Virus record (IMG/VR): IMGVR_UViG_3300049137_000023
Coordinates: 1 to 24,689 of that record
Source: a virus
Taxonomy: Duplodnaviria; Caudoviricetes
Direction: 5' to 3' (one strand)
Length of the DNA stretch: 24,689 nucleotides
Below the pieces are notes generated by a model. That model saw only the letters and a list, made by a program, of their open reading frames with translations, was not told the origin of the DNA and ran no database searches. Shown here piece after piece: positions 1 through 8,287 of the stretch; the first letter of the stretch is position 1, and each line of letters begins with the position of its first letter. The translations under genes and the position numbers were made by a program.

Positions 1-305
1 ACCCTGCGGCCCACCTCTTTACGCAGGCAGAGCAAACGGTAAGCCGAACTCCGGAGCCTGCAACCAACACCAGCCGTGGGGACCCGTGGTAGGACTGCCA
101 ACGCTATTGTTTCTGAGGCTGTCCCTTCCCATATACTCGCTATCGGCATTGCTGATGAGCGCTGAACCATTTGGTGCTCGCAATTGCCGCCGCCGCTTCA
201 GACCTTTGACCACGGATGTACTGGCTTTGGGCTTCGAAGCGGCGATGAGGAGAGCCGGTGCAGATTTGCACCCGGTCTTTTCATTCCCAACTGAAAGTCT
301 CTCAT
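1..305 (+). other. Hairpin-dense, apparently non-coding segment (candidate ncRNA or structured leader; 5' end may lie outside the window)
   Basis: Stems read by eye: GCAGGC 23-28/GCCTGC 56-61; 144-189 (CGGCATTGC..GAGCGC/GTGCTC..GCAATTGCCG); CGCCGCTTC 191-199/GAAGCGGCG 236-244; 245-284 (ATGA..CCGGTGCA-GATT-TGCA-C-CCGG..TCAT). G-U pairs favour the + strand. Confidence 0.4.
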
Positions 306-462
306 GAAAAAGACAGATGCCGCGTTCCAGATTAAACGCGCTGAACGACAGGTTACGCTCACGAGTGGCGGGGGTCACCTCGGCGGAACCCTTCATGGCC
401 AAGGCAATGATGCAAAGACGACCGGCGGCGGCGGTAAATCAAGCCGATCCACCAAAAAGTAA
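304..462 (+). CDS. Small 52-aa Gly/Lys-rich hypothetical protein (MKKTDAAFQIKRAERQVTLTSGGGHLGG...SSRSTKK)
   Basis: ATG 304 to TAA 462, below the ORF-track cut-off; followed by an intrinsic terminator at 501-527; no clear SD sequence. Confidence 0.35.
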   Translation: MKKTDAAFQIKRAERQVTLTSGGGHLGGTLHGQGNDAKTTGGGGKSSRSTKK

Positions 463-500
463 CAAGCAAGCCATCAAGCTTTGCAACAAGAGCCCATCAG

Positions 501-527
501 CCCGTCACCACCCGGTGGCGGGTTTTT
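501..527 (+). terminator. Rho-independent terminator
   Basis: CCCGTCACC-ACCC-GGTGGCGGG followed by TTTTT. Confidence 0.7.
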
Positions 528-571
528 CATATCCGCGTCCGGCGGTACCGGACCAACAAAGGAGAAGACGC

Positions 572-823
572 ATGAGCGTACAGGCAATGTTCTACGTGAA
601 AGAGATCAATCACCGCGCTACCAACCAGGCGGACGCCGTGAACGTCGAGATCAAGATGGCTGCCGCGTTCGGTACCTATCTACAAGGCCTGCCGGAAGGC
701 AATGGCGACTGGTCGAAGTGGACGCCGACTGGCGAGCTTTCCATCACCATCACGAACCCGGCAGCCATCGAGCAGTTCGAGATCGGCGGCGTCTATTCGC
801 TGACCTTCGAGAAGGCGGCCTAG
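572..823 (+). CDS. Phage hypothetical protein, 83 aa (MSVQAMFYVKEI...WSKWTPTGELSITITNPAA...YSLTFEKAA)
   Basis: Strong SD AAGGAGA upstream of ATG 572; phage-like codon usage. The 317 start in the track is an upstream extension across a terminator. Confidence 0.85.
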   Translation: MSVQAMFYVKEINHRATNQADAVNVEIKMAAAFGTYLQGLPEGNGDWSKWTPTGELSITITNPAAIEQFEIGGVYSLTFEKAA

Positions 824-856
824 ACTTCGTCGGGCTCGATCTGAGGAGCCGGAAAA

Positions 857-892
857 TCAAAAAGGAAAGGCGCCGACCCGAAGGCCGACGCC
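857..892 (-). terminator. Rho-independent terminator of the minus-strand peptide unit
   Basis: Minus strand reads GGCGTCGGCC-TTCG-GGTCGGCGCC-TTTCCTTTTTGA (UUCG tetraloop plus U-tract), 5 nt after the stop at 898. Confidence 0.8.
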
Positions 893-897
893 ATGCA

Positions 898-990
898 TCA
901 AAGCAGGACTTTCAAAATCGCCGCGATGCCGAATAGGCACGGGGCGAGATTGAGCGTGATGTTGACGCGGATCGTGGTTCTTTTCCACAT
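898..990 (-). CDS. 30-aa basic-then-hydrophobic peptide MWKRTTIRVNITLNLAPCLFGIAAILKVLL; candidate type I toxin-like membrane peptide
   Basis: SD-like GAGGG about 8 nt before ATG 990; hydrophobic C-terminal helix; terminator directly downstream; promoter-like motif at 1268-1296. Confidence 0.6.
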   Translation of the reverse strand: MWKRTTIRVNITLNLAPCLFGIAAILKVLL

Positions 991-1261
991 AGGTAAAGCC
1001 CTCGATCCCGTGCGCACGGAACCAAAAGGTTTCGTGAAGCATGCCTGCCGGAACGGTTTTCCCGCCGTTCGCAGGGGCATCGGTCTACCTTCCGCGACTG
1101 CAGTTCGCATTCAGTAGGTCCCGGTAGTCTCCTGTCCAGGTTCGCTTGGTCGAGTTGGGCCCTGCCCAAAGCGACGGCTACAGCCTTTCAGGCCGGGCCC
1201 TGAGGGTGGCCCTAGGAGGGTCGGTGTGACTAGCAGCCGGTTCCATCGGGGGCCCAGGGGC
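991..1261 (-). promoter_or_regulatory. ~270-nt highly structured 5' leader (putative translational control element)
   Basis: Hairpins at 1015-1036, 1041-1080, 1094-1108, 1142-1174 and around 1183-1213. On the minus strand, AGGTAGACCGAT (1090-1079) can pair with ATCGAGGGCTTTACCT (1006-991), covering the SD. Confidence 0.5.
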
Positions 1262-1267
1262 AAAGGT

Positions 1268-1296
1268 ACTGTGACATGCAGTCTACATTTTCGCAA
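1268..1296 (-). promoter_or_regulatory. Putative sigma70 promoter for the structured-leader/peptide transcript
   Basis: Minus strand TTGCGA-N17-CACAGT; predicted TSS near 1261. Confidence 0.45.
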
Positions 1297-1899
1297 CGGC
1301 CCGTCCCCACGGAAGATATGCTCGAAGACACCAGCATCCGGTTTGAGCCCGCGCTCGATCTGGTAGAGTGGGCTCGATCCACCTTCATCGACGAGACAGC
1401 CGACCTCCTGAACGAGGATCATGCTCATCTCCGGTTCGCCTCGATCGGCGCACTCTGGACGAACGCCCCGAATGGTCGCCACGGCCGCCGGGTAATCGGC
1501 CAATGCGAAATGGGATTGCCTCCAGCTGGCAAATGGTCGCGCGCTCGCATCGAGCTTCAGTTGCAGACATGGTTCGGTGACGTGCCGGACTTCCTCCTGA
1601 CCTTCGATGCTCATTATGCATCTGTATGTTCGGACACAGAGTTCTGCGCCCTGGTCGAGCATGAGCTTTATCATGCAGGGCAAGAGCAAGGACCATTCGG
1701 TCCGAAGTTCCGGAAGGACGGAAGGCCAGCCTTCGCAATGCGTGGGCATGACGTGGAAGAGTTCATCGGTGTTGTACGTCGCTATGGGGCTGATGCTGCC
1801 AATGTTCGTGCACTGGTCGATGCAGCAAACAGGCCTCCGGAAATCTCCCGGGCGAGCATCGGTCATGTATGCGGGACGTGTCAGTTGCGTGTCGCCTAA
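1276..1899 (+). CDS. Putative phage metallopeptidase (HExxH)
   Basis: 'CALVEHELYHAGQ' zinc-binding motif plus 'GHDVEEF.GVVRRYG', typical of the phage metallopeptidase family found next to terminase genes; alternative start at 1318. Confidence 0.85.
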   Translation: MQSTFSQRPVPTEDMLEDTSIRFEPALDLVEWARSTFIDETADLLNEDHAHLRFASIGALWTNAPNGRHGRRVIGQCEMGLPPAGKWSRARIELQLQTWFGDVPDFLLTFDAHYASVCSDTEFCALVEHELYHAGQEQGPFGPKFRKDGRPAFAMRGHDVEEFIGVVRRYGADAANVRALVDAANRPPEISRASIGHVCGTCQLRVA

Positions 1900-1923
1900 A
1901 CCTGAAGGCATCCTGATAGTTCG

Positions 1924-2385
1924 ATGGCAAAAGCGAAACTCACTCGCGAGCAACAAACCTTTGTTGTGCAATCGCTCGCATGCTTCGATTCCCCGACTGT
2001 CGTAGCTGCCGCACTCAGGAAGGAATATTCGGTCACGCTGACGCCGCAATCGATCGAGGCATATGACCCGACGAAGAAAGCCGGCAAGAACCTCGCCGAT
2101 CGATGGAAAGCCATCTTCGAGGAGACGCGCAAGACCTTTCTTGAGGACACCGCATCGATAGCCATCAGTCACCGGGCGGTGAGATTGCGTGCTCTCCAGC
2201 GCATGGCCGACAAGGCAGAGAACCAAGGAAACATGGTGTTGGCATCTTCGCTGCTGAAGCAGGCGGCTGAGGAAGTAGGCAACGCTTACACCAACAAGCG
2301 AGAAATCTCCGGCCCAGGAGGTGGAGCAATCAAGACCGAAACGCGAACCTGGCGGGAGGTTCTAAGGGACGAGGGTAAGGAGTGA
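1924..2385 (+). CDS. terS: Terminase small subunit (DUF2280-like)
   Basis: N-terminal 'FVVQSLACFDSPTVVA' and C-terminal 'EISGPGGGAIK' motifs; overlaps the TerL start. Confidence 0.85.
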   Translation: MAKAKLTREQQTFVVQSLACFDSPTVVAAALRKEYSVTLTPQSIEAYDPTKKAGKNLADRWKAIFEETRKTFLEDTASIAISHRAVRLRALQRMADKAENQGNMVLASSLLKQAAEEVGNAYTNKREISGPGGGAIKTETRTWREVLRDEGKE

Positions 2386-3803
2386 ATGCGCACGTCTCGC
2401 TGACCAACCCTGCGTTATTCGGCTTCTGGGAGAAAGTGTTCCTCGGCAAAGCTGATATCGCGGTCCTTCATGGAGGGCGGTCCAGCTCCAAGACGCGCGA
2501 TACGGCGTGCCAATTGGTTCGCTTGATCGACCATTTGTCCGTGAAGATGCGTGTTCTATGCATCCGTCGGTTCCAGAACCGAATTCAGGAATCGGTCTAC
2601 ACCGAGCTGAAGTGGGCGATTGACCATCTCGGGCTAAAGGGCGCTTTCGACGTCCAGAAGACGACGATCATCCACATCGCGTCGGGCTCGGAGTTCATAT
2701 TCTACGGCATCGAGCGCAACCTTGAGGAAATCAAGGGCACGTCCGATATCGACATCCTCTGGGTGGAAGAGGCGGAGAAGCTTACCGAGGAGCAGTGGTC
2801 AGTCATCGCGCCGACGATCCGCAAGGAAGACAGTCTCGCGATCCTGCTGTTCAATCCGAAGTTCGTCACCGACTACGTCTGGAAGAACTTCGTCATCAAC
2901 ACGCCACCTCACTGTGTGGTGCATCAGATCAATTATACGGAGAACCCGTTCCTTTCCGAGAAGGCGAAGCGCGACATAGCAGCGATGCAAGAGCGCGACC
3001 CGGAGATGTTCGAACACATCTACGGCGGCGTTCCCCTCGGAGACAGTGAGCTATCGATCTTCAAGCGCCGCTGGCTCGAAGCCTGTGTGGATGCTCACAA
3101 GGTCCTGAAGATCGAGCTGACCGGCCGGAACATCATCGGTTTCGACCCAGCCGACGACGGCGAGGACAAGAGCGCGACAGCCGACAAGATCGACGGCGTC
3201 TTCACTGATGCTGAAGACTGGTCATCGGGGAAGGATCAGCTCGTCCAGAATGCCAAGCGGGTATGGGCGAAGGCGAAGAACGCCGGCGCGACGGTCTCTT
3301 ACGACACGATCGGCGTGGGTGCGTTTGTCGGCGGCTACATCGACGAGCAGAACCAGGAGAACGACGCCAGCGTCGAGCACTTCGCATTCCATGCCGGCGG
3401 CGGGGTCATGGATCCTGACAAGCCGAGCGATGCGCTGAACGACAACAGCCCGCTGAACAAGGACGAGTATCTGAACCTGAAGGCGCAGGCCTGGGCCAAC
3501 ACGGCCCGCAAGGCGATGCTCACGTTCAATGCTGTGACGCGAGGCCAGTCGATCAAGCCTGAGGACGTGCTCTCGTTCTCGTCGGAGATGGGCAAGGAAA
3601 AGCTCGAGGCTCTCTTCACTGAGCTTTGCGTGCCGTGGTGGGTTGAGACTGAAGGCAAGAAGCGCGTCGTCCCGAAACTGAAGCTCAAGAAGGACTTGGG
3701 CGTCAAGTCGCACAACCTCGCTGATGCGGTCATCGCGGCCGACAACGTCAATATCGACGTAGGCCCAACCGTGGCGATGTTCCTGAGGAAGAAACACCGA
3801 TGA
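2382..3803 (+). CDS. terL: Terminase large subunit, PBSX family
   Basis: Walker A HGGRSSSKT, Walker B ILWVEEAE, 'LLFNP' coupling motif, nuclease motif 'IIGFDPADDGED'. Confidence 0.95.
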   Translation: MNAHVSLTNPALFGFWEKVFLGKADIAVLHGGRSSSKTRDTACQLVRLIDHLSVKMRVLCIRRFQNRIQESVYTELKWAIDHLGLKGAFDVQKTTIIHIASGSEFIFYGIERNLEEIKGTSDIDILWVEEAEKLTEEQWSVIAPTIRKEDSLAILLFNPKFVTDYVWKNFVINTPPHCVVHQINYTENPFLSEKAKRDIAAMQERDPEMFEHIYGGVPLGDSELSIFKRRWLEACVDAHKVLKIELTGRNIIGFDPADDGEDKSATADKIDGVFTDAEDWSSGKDQLVQNAKRVWAKAKNAGATVSYDTIGVGAFVGGYIDEQNQENDASVEHFAFHAGGGVMDPDKPSDALNDNSPLNKDEYLNLKAQAWANTARKAMLTFNAVTRGQSIKPEDVLSFSSEMGKEKLEALFTELCVPWWVETEGKKRVVPKLKLKKDLGVKSHNLADAVIAADNVNIDVGPTVAMFLRKKHR

Positions 3804-5179
3804 ACAACGTTGTCCGCTTCGTCGGGAACCGAGCCTATCGCAGCATCAATACCATCTTCGGTGGCATCTTTGCGGGCGCATCCACGAAGCACGATCACTT
3901 CAAGGATTTCGGCTATCCGGACATCCTGACGTTCGAGCAGCTTCACCGGATGTACATGCGGAACGGCATTGCCGCCGCTGGCGTCAACAAGACCGTCGGC
4001 AAGACCTGGCAGGACAATCCGTTCTTGCTCGAGCAGGAGCGCGACGGGTCGCAAACCGGCGAAGACGAGGAAACGACGCTCGAAGCCGAGATCCGCCAGC
4101 GTTTCGACGATCTTCGCCTCTGGGCGCGGCTTTCCGAAGCAGACCGCATGTCGATGGTCGGTCGGTACGCTGGTGTCATCCTCCGTTTCGCCGACAGCAA
4201 ACGATTTGATCAGCCAGTTGACCGCGTGAATGGCGGTCTCGACGGCCTGATCGAAGTAATCCCTGCATGGGAAGGGCAGTTGCAGGTGAGCGAGTGGGAT
4301 ACGGACCAAACGTCCGAGACCTACGGCGAACCGACGATGTTCCAGTTCAACGAATCTGCGGTAGGGGACGCAAAGCAGCCACGGAGCATCAGGATCCATC
4401 CCGACCGGGTCATCATCTGGTCGCGCGACGGAACCGTGAACTGCACGTCGGCTCTTGAGCCCGGTTATAACTCCCTCGTCGACCTGGAGAAGGTGAGGGG
4501 CGCCGGCGGCGAAGGCTTCTGGAAAAACGCCAAGTCTGCACCGGTCCTTGAGATGGATAAGGAAGCAGATCCCAAGAAGATGGCCACGGCCATGGGGATC
4601 AAGATCGAAGACCTGGCCGACAAGATGAACGACCAGGTCGCCGACTATAACGCCGGCTTCGACCAGCTTCTCATGCTGATGGGGATGACGGCAAAGCCTC
4701 TGCCCGTCACGCTTCCGTCGCCCGAGCACTTCTTTGCCGTCGCCCTGCAGGACTTCGCCGCATCGATCAACATGCCGGTAAAAATCCTCGTCGGGATGCA
4801 GACAGGCGAGCGGGCAAGCCAGGAAGACGCCGACGAATGGGCGCAGACGAACATGTCGCGCCGCGCAAACCAGACGATCCCGAACATCATGTCGTTTGTG
4901 AAGCGGCTGGAACGAGTCGGCATCCTGCCGAAAATGGACTGGTATCTCGATTGGGCTGACCTGACCGAAGCCTCGATGTCCGAGAAGATCGAGCGCGCCA
5001 ACAAGATGGCCGACACCAATCAGAAGATGGGCAACACCCTCTACGTCTTCACTGACGACGAGATCCGCGCGGCCGTCGGCTACGAGCCGCTTAGCGATGC
5101 GGACAAGTACCGCGACGACGTGAGCGAAGAAGAGCAGGGCGCCGCCGCAGGCAAAACGCCGCCGACCCAAGAGGATTGA
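3800..5179 (+). CDS. Portal protein (DUF1073-like)
   Basis: 459 aa immediately after TerL; motifs 'IHPDRVII' and 'PVKILVGMQTGERAS..D'. Confidence 0.9.
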   Translation: MNNVVRFVGNRAYRSINTIFGGIFAGASTKHDHFKDFGYPDILTFEQLHRMYMRNGIAAAGVNKTVGKTWQDNPFLLEQERDGSQTGEDEETTLEAEIRQRFDDLRLWARLSEADRMSMVGRYAGVILRFADSKRFDQPVDRVNGGLDGLIEVIPAWEGQLQVSEWDTDQTSETYGEPTMFQFNESAVGDAKQPRSIRIHPDRVIIWSRDGTVNCTSALEPGYNSLVDLEKVRGAGGEGFWKNAKSAPVLEMDKEADPKKMATAMGIKIEDLADKMNDQVADYNAGFDQLLMLMGMTAKPLPVTLPSPEHFFAVALQDFAASINMPVKILVGMQTGERASQEDADEWAQTNMSRRANQTIPNIMSFVKRLERVGILPKMDWYLDWADLTEASMSEKIERANKMADTNQKMGNTLYVFTDDEIRAAVGYEPLSDADKYRDDVSEEEQGAAAGKTPPTQED

Positions 5180-5185
5180 TCAATC

Positions 5186-6328
5186 ATGCCCCAGGTGCGT
5201 GTGAACGTCAGGACACTGGCGAACGTCAAGGCTGTCCGAAAGGAAAAGCGAAACGGACGGGATGTGGTCATCGTTCCGAGCGCTACCCTGCCGGATAACG
5301 TCGTGATGAACGACATCATGTATCCGGCCGACGAGATCGAAAAGGGCTACATAACCCTCAACCGGACGCCGGCGCCCCTCGGTCACCCGACCATCAATGG
5401 CAAGTTCGTTTCCGCTCGCGATCCTGAAGGCATCAACATCGGCTGGATCGGCGCATGGAACGAAAACTTGCGCCGCGAGAAGGGCCGCGTCTTCCTCGAT
5501 AAGGTGATCGACGTCGAGCGCGCCAATCAATCCGAAGGTGGCAGGGCTGTCCTGGCCGCCATCGAGAAGGGCGAACCTATCCACACCTCGACCGGGCTCC
5601 TCTGCAATCTGGAAGCTGCCAACGGCGACGTTCCTTACAAGCACATCGCTCGCAACATCGAGTTCGACCACGACGCCATCCTCCTCGACGAGGAAGGCGC
5701 AGCAACGCCCAAGCAGGGCGTCGGCATGCTGGTCAACGCCAAAGGCGAGCAGGAAGAAATCAAGGTCATCAACTCCTCACTCACTGAGGACATCGACCGC
5801 GAGATCGATTGGGCGGGCTCCCGCCTCGTCGAAGCTCTCAAGCGCCGGGAATCGGTCGGCACCTGGGAGAAAATGAAAGCCGCGATATTGGAAGCCCTTG
5901 GCTTTTCCGAGCGGGAACCCTCCACGAACACAAAGGAACTCGACATGACTGTTGAAGAACAGCTCAAGGCGCTTTCCGCGAAGGTTGACGCCCTCTCGGA
6001 AGCGAAGCCGAGCGAGGCGATGAACAAGACCATCGCTGACGCCGTAACCGCAGCCGTGAATGCGGCCGTCAAGCCGCTCACGGACGCTCATGCCACCCTG
6101 GTTGCCAACCAGAAGGCCAAGGACGACGCCGAGCATGCAGATCTGGTGGCCAAGGTCGTCAAGGCGAACTTGCTCGACGAGGCAACTGCCAAAGAGACCC
6201 CGCTGAACTCTCTGCGTGCTCTCGCCCCGAAAGCTGAGCCGGGAAAGGCCGCGCCTCTCAATTCCGGCGGCTTCCGCCCGAAAAGCAACGAGGGTGGTTT
6301 CAAGCTGCCCAAGGCAGAGGAGAAGTAA
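5186..6328 (+). CDS. Prohead protease/scaffold protein (DUF2213-like)
   Basis: N-terminal protease-like 'PLGHP' and 'FDHDAILLDEEGAA' motifs; Ala/Lys-rich helical C-terminal scaffold; position between portal and capsid. Confidence 0.8.
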   Translation: MPQVRVNVRTLANVKAVRKEKRNGRDVVIVPSATLPDNVVMNDIMYPADEIEKGYITLNRTPAPLGHPTINGKFVSARDPEGINIGWIGAWNENLRREKGRVFLDKVIDVERANQSEGGRAVLAAIEKGEPIHTSTGLLCNLEAANGDVPYKHIARNIEFDHDAILLDEEGAATPKQGVGMLVNAKGEQEEIKVINSSLTEDIDREIDWAGSRLVEALKRRESVGTWEKMKAAILEALGFSEREPSTNTKELDMTVEEQLKALSAKVDALSEAKPSEAMNKTIADAVTAAVNAAVKPLTDAHATLVANQKAKDDAEHADLVAKVVKANLLDEATAKETPLNSLRALAPKAEPGKAAPLNSGGFRPKSNEGGFKLPKAEEK

Positions 6329-6331
6329 TCC

Positions 6332-6781
6332 ATGGCTCGTTATAACAAGATCTTCGCGGGCCCGGTCTCTGAGACCCTTCCGCAGGTCCAGGAGCGCCCC
6401 TGCGCTGCGACGATCCTGCCAGGCACCGCACTGGTGGAATCCGGTTCGAGCTTCGCTCAGGCCGGTGCCAACGCCCTGACCAAGGTCTACATCGCCCAGG
6501 ACAACTACCTGGCGATGAAGGGCGTTGATGACGCTTGGCCGGCCAATGACCGCATCATTGGCATGGAAATGCTCGACGAGCAGTTTTTCAATGTTCGCGT
6601 CCCGACCGGCACCAACGTCGCCCGGGGCTCGCAGCTCACCACCTCCGCCGCCGGCAAGTTCGTTCTCGCGACCACTGGTCAGAGAGTGATCATGATCGCC
6701 GAGGAGGCCTACAACAACACGTCCGGTTCGGACCAGCTTGTGCGAGCCCGCGTTGCTCGTAACCAGCTTGCAGCGGCGTAA
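6332..6781 (+). CDS. Head decoration/cement protein
   Basis: 149 aa between scaffold and major capsid; SD GAGGAG. Confidence 0.7.
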   Translation: MARYNKIFAGPVSETLPQVQERPCAATILPGTALVESGSSFAQAGANALTKVYIAQDNYLAMKGVDDAWPANDRIIGMEMLDEQFFNVRVPTGTNVARGSQLTTSAAGKFVLATTGQRVIMIAEEAYNNTSGSDQLVRARVARNQLAAA

Positions 6782-6793
6782 GGGGGAAACCAG

Positions 6794-7837
6794 ATGCGCT
6801 ACTTTGACGAACAGCTCGTCGCCAACTCCCGACCGCATGCTGAATGGTGGGAAGACGTATCCATGAACCGTGAGCACTTCCATCAGGTGGAAGAGCAAAT
6901 GGCTTCCTTGGCCAACGCCGCCGCTGTCCTTCCTCGCGATGCATGGATCGACATCGACAGCATCACCCGCCGCGTCCTTCGCGATGACGAGGGTGAGGTC
7001 TACATGCGCGACCTGATGGCGCTCGCTCGCCCGATCAACATCGGCAAGCTCGTCAGCATGACCCGCGTGGCGTCCGACTCCTCGAACCCGGTCATCCGGT
7101 CCATGTCGGGCCAGACGCCGGTTCCGATGGATAAGGTCGTCTATGCGTATCGTGGCACGCCCATTCCGATCTTCCAGGACGGCTATGGCCGCGAATGGCG
7201 CGAGTGGAATACTCTGCAGTCCGAGAACTTCGATGCTCTGGCTGACGACGAGGAAGCCGCAAACGCCAAGATCCGCAAGGATCAGGCGGATTATGTCCTC
7301 AACGGCGATTCCTCCATCGTCTTCCAGGGCTATACCGGCACTGGCATTCGCAGCAACCCGCTCGCGAAGACCATCAACATCGGTGCTTCTGGTGCGAACA
7401 TCGATCTCACCTCGCCGGCTACGACGTCCGATGCGATCGATACGTTCTTTACCCAAACGCTTGGTGCGATGCTCGACGCGAACCTGATCACCGGCAAGGT
7501 GAACATCTACGTGTCGCCGGAGATCGGGAGAAACCTCGATCGGTCGTACTCCGGCGCCAACGGGTTCAAGGGCGGCACCCTGCTGCAGTACCTGCTGACG
7601 AACCGCCGCATCAACAAGATCGAAGTGACATTCAAGCTCTCGGGCAACGAGTTCTTCGGCTTTGCTCCGTCGGCCGAGTTCATCCGTCCCATCATCGGCA
7701 TGGCAGTGAACACGACTGCCATCCCGCGTCTGTATCCAACGGCGAACTACCAGTTCCTGAAGATGGGCGCGATGGGTCTGGACATCCGGGCCGACTACAA
7801 CGGCAAGTCCGGCGTCTTCTACTCCACCAACACCTGA
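6794..7837 (+). CDS. Major capsid protein
   Basis: 347 aa, strongly biased codons, SD AAGGGG, canonical position. Confidence 0.9.
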   Translation: MRYFDEQLVANSRPHAEWWEDVSMNREHFHQVEEQMASLANAAAVLPRDAWIDIDSITRRVLRDDEGEVYMRDLMALARPINIGKLVSMTRVASDSSNPVIRSMSGQTPVPMDKVVYAYRGTPIPIFQDGYGREWREWNTLQSENFDALADDEEAANAKIRKDQADYVLNGDSSIVFQGYTGTGIRSNPLAKTINIGASGANIDLTSPATTSDAIDTFFTQTLGAMLDANLITGKVNIYVSPEIGRNLDRSYSGANGFKGGTLLQYLLTNRRINKIEVTFKLSGNEFFGFAPSAEFIRPIIGMAVNTTAIPRLYPTANYQFLKMGAMGLDIRADYNGKSGVFYSTNT

Positions 7838-7843
7838 TGATGC

Positions 7844-7863
7844 GCCTCGCCTTCGGGCGGGGC
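7844..7863 (+). promoter_or_regulatory. Stable UUCG hairpin after the capsid gene, no U-tract (mRNA 3' stabiliser or weak attenuator)
   Basis: GCCTCGCC-TTCG-GGCGGGGC, 6 nt after the MCP stop. Confidence 0.55.
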
Positions 7864-7891
7864 TCACCAATCGCAACAGGAGAACGATCCG

Positions 7892-8284
7892 ATGAAGATT
7901 CGTTTGAAAGCGCCGGCAGGTCTGACCTCCACCGGCATCTACGGCAAGAACGGCGAAGAGATGCCGGTCGGCCACGAAATGGAAGTCAAGGAAGAGCCGA
8001 AGGGCTGGGCCGGCCGATACGATATCCTTTCGGGGGGCAAGTCCGAGGCTAAGTCTGAAACGAAGACCGAAACGAAGACCGAAACCAAGACCGCCGTCAC
8101 CAATCCGGCGCCTCCGCCTGAGACCGGCTATGCCGTCAAGGACAAGGGCGGCAGTTGGTTCGTCATCACCAAGGACGGCGAGGAAGTCACGAAGAGCTTC
8201 CGCAAAGCTGACCTCGAGGGCTTCGAAGAGATGAACGACGAAGACAAAGGCGCCTTCATCGACCTTCACAAGAAGGAAGCCTAA
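7892..8284 (+). CDS. Capsid-associated hypothetical protein with a low-complexity linker
   Basis: SD AGGAGA; two small domains joined by an (ETKT)3 / PAPPP linker; directly after the MCP. Confidence 0.8.
   Translation: MKIRLKAPAGLTSTGIYGKNGEEMPVGHEMEVKEEPKGWAGRYDILSGGKSEAKSETKTETKTETKTAVTNPAPPPETGYAVKDKGGSWFVITKDGEEVTKSFRKADLEGFEEMNDEDKGAFIDLHKKEA
8057..8092 (+). repeat. 12-bp tandem repeat x3 (GAAACGAAGACC x2 + GAAACCAAGACC)
   Basis: Read directly; encodes ETKT-ETKT-ETKT. Confidence 0.9.
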
Positions 8285-8287
8285 TCA

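Noticed and set aside
152-184. CTGATGA followed by a stem, resembling a hammerhead ribozyme core
   Set aside because: The required GAAA after stem II is absent (TCGCAA instead); the segment is better explained as one long hairpin.
19-402. 127-aa minus ORF and 73-aa plus ORF (86-307)
   Set aside because: No SD, atypical composition, and both overlap the hairpin-dense region; likely spurious.
3800-5179. DUF1073 proteins are sometimes auto-labelled as anti-CBASS Acb1
   Set aside because: Size, position and motifs indicate a portal protein; no 2H-phosphoesterase HxT pair was seen.
5777-8269. 830-aa minus-strand ORF (also 3335-5170, 1111-2226, 12098-12784, 15625-16311)
   Set aside because: Antisense shadows of high-GC, codon-biased structural genes; no recognisable motifs.
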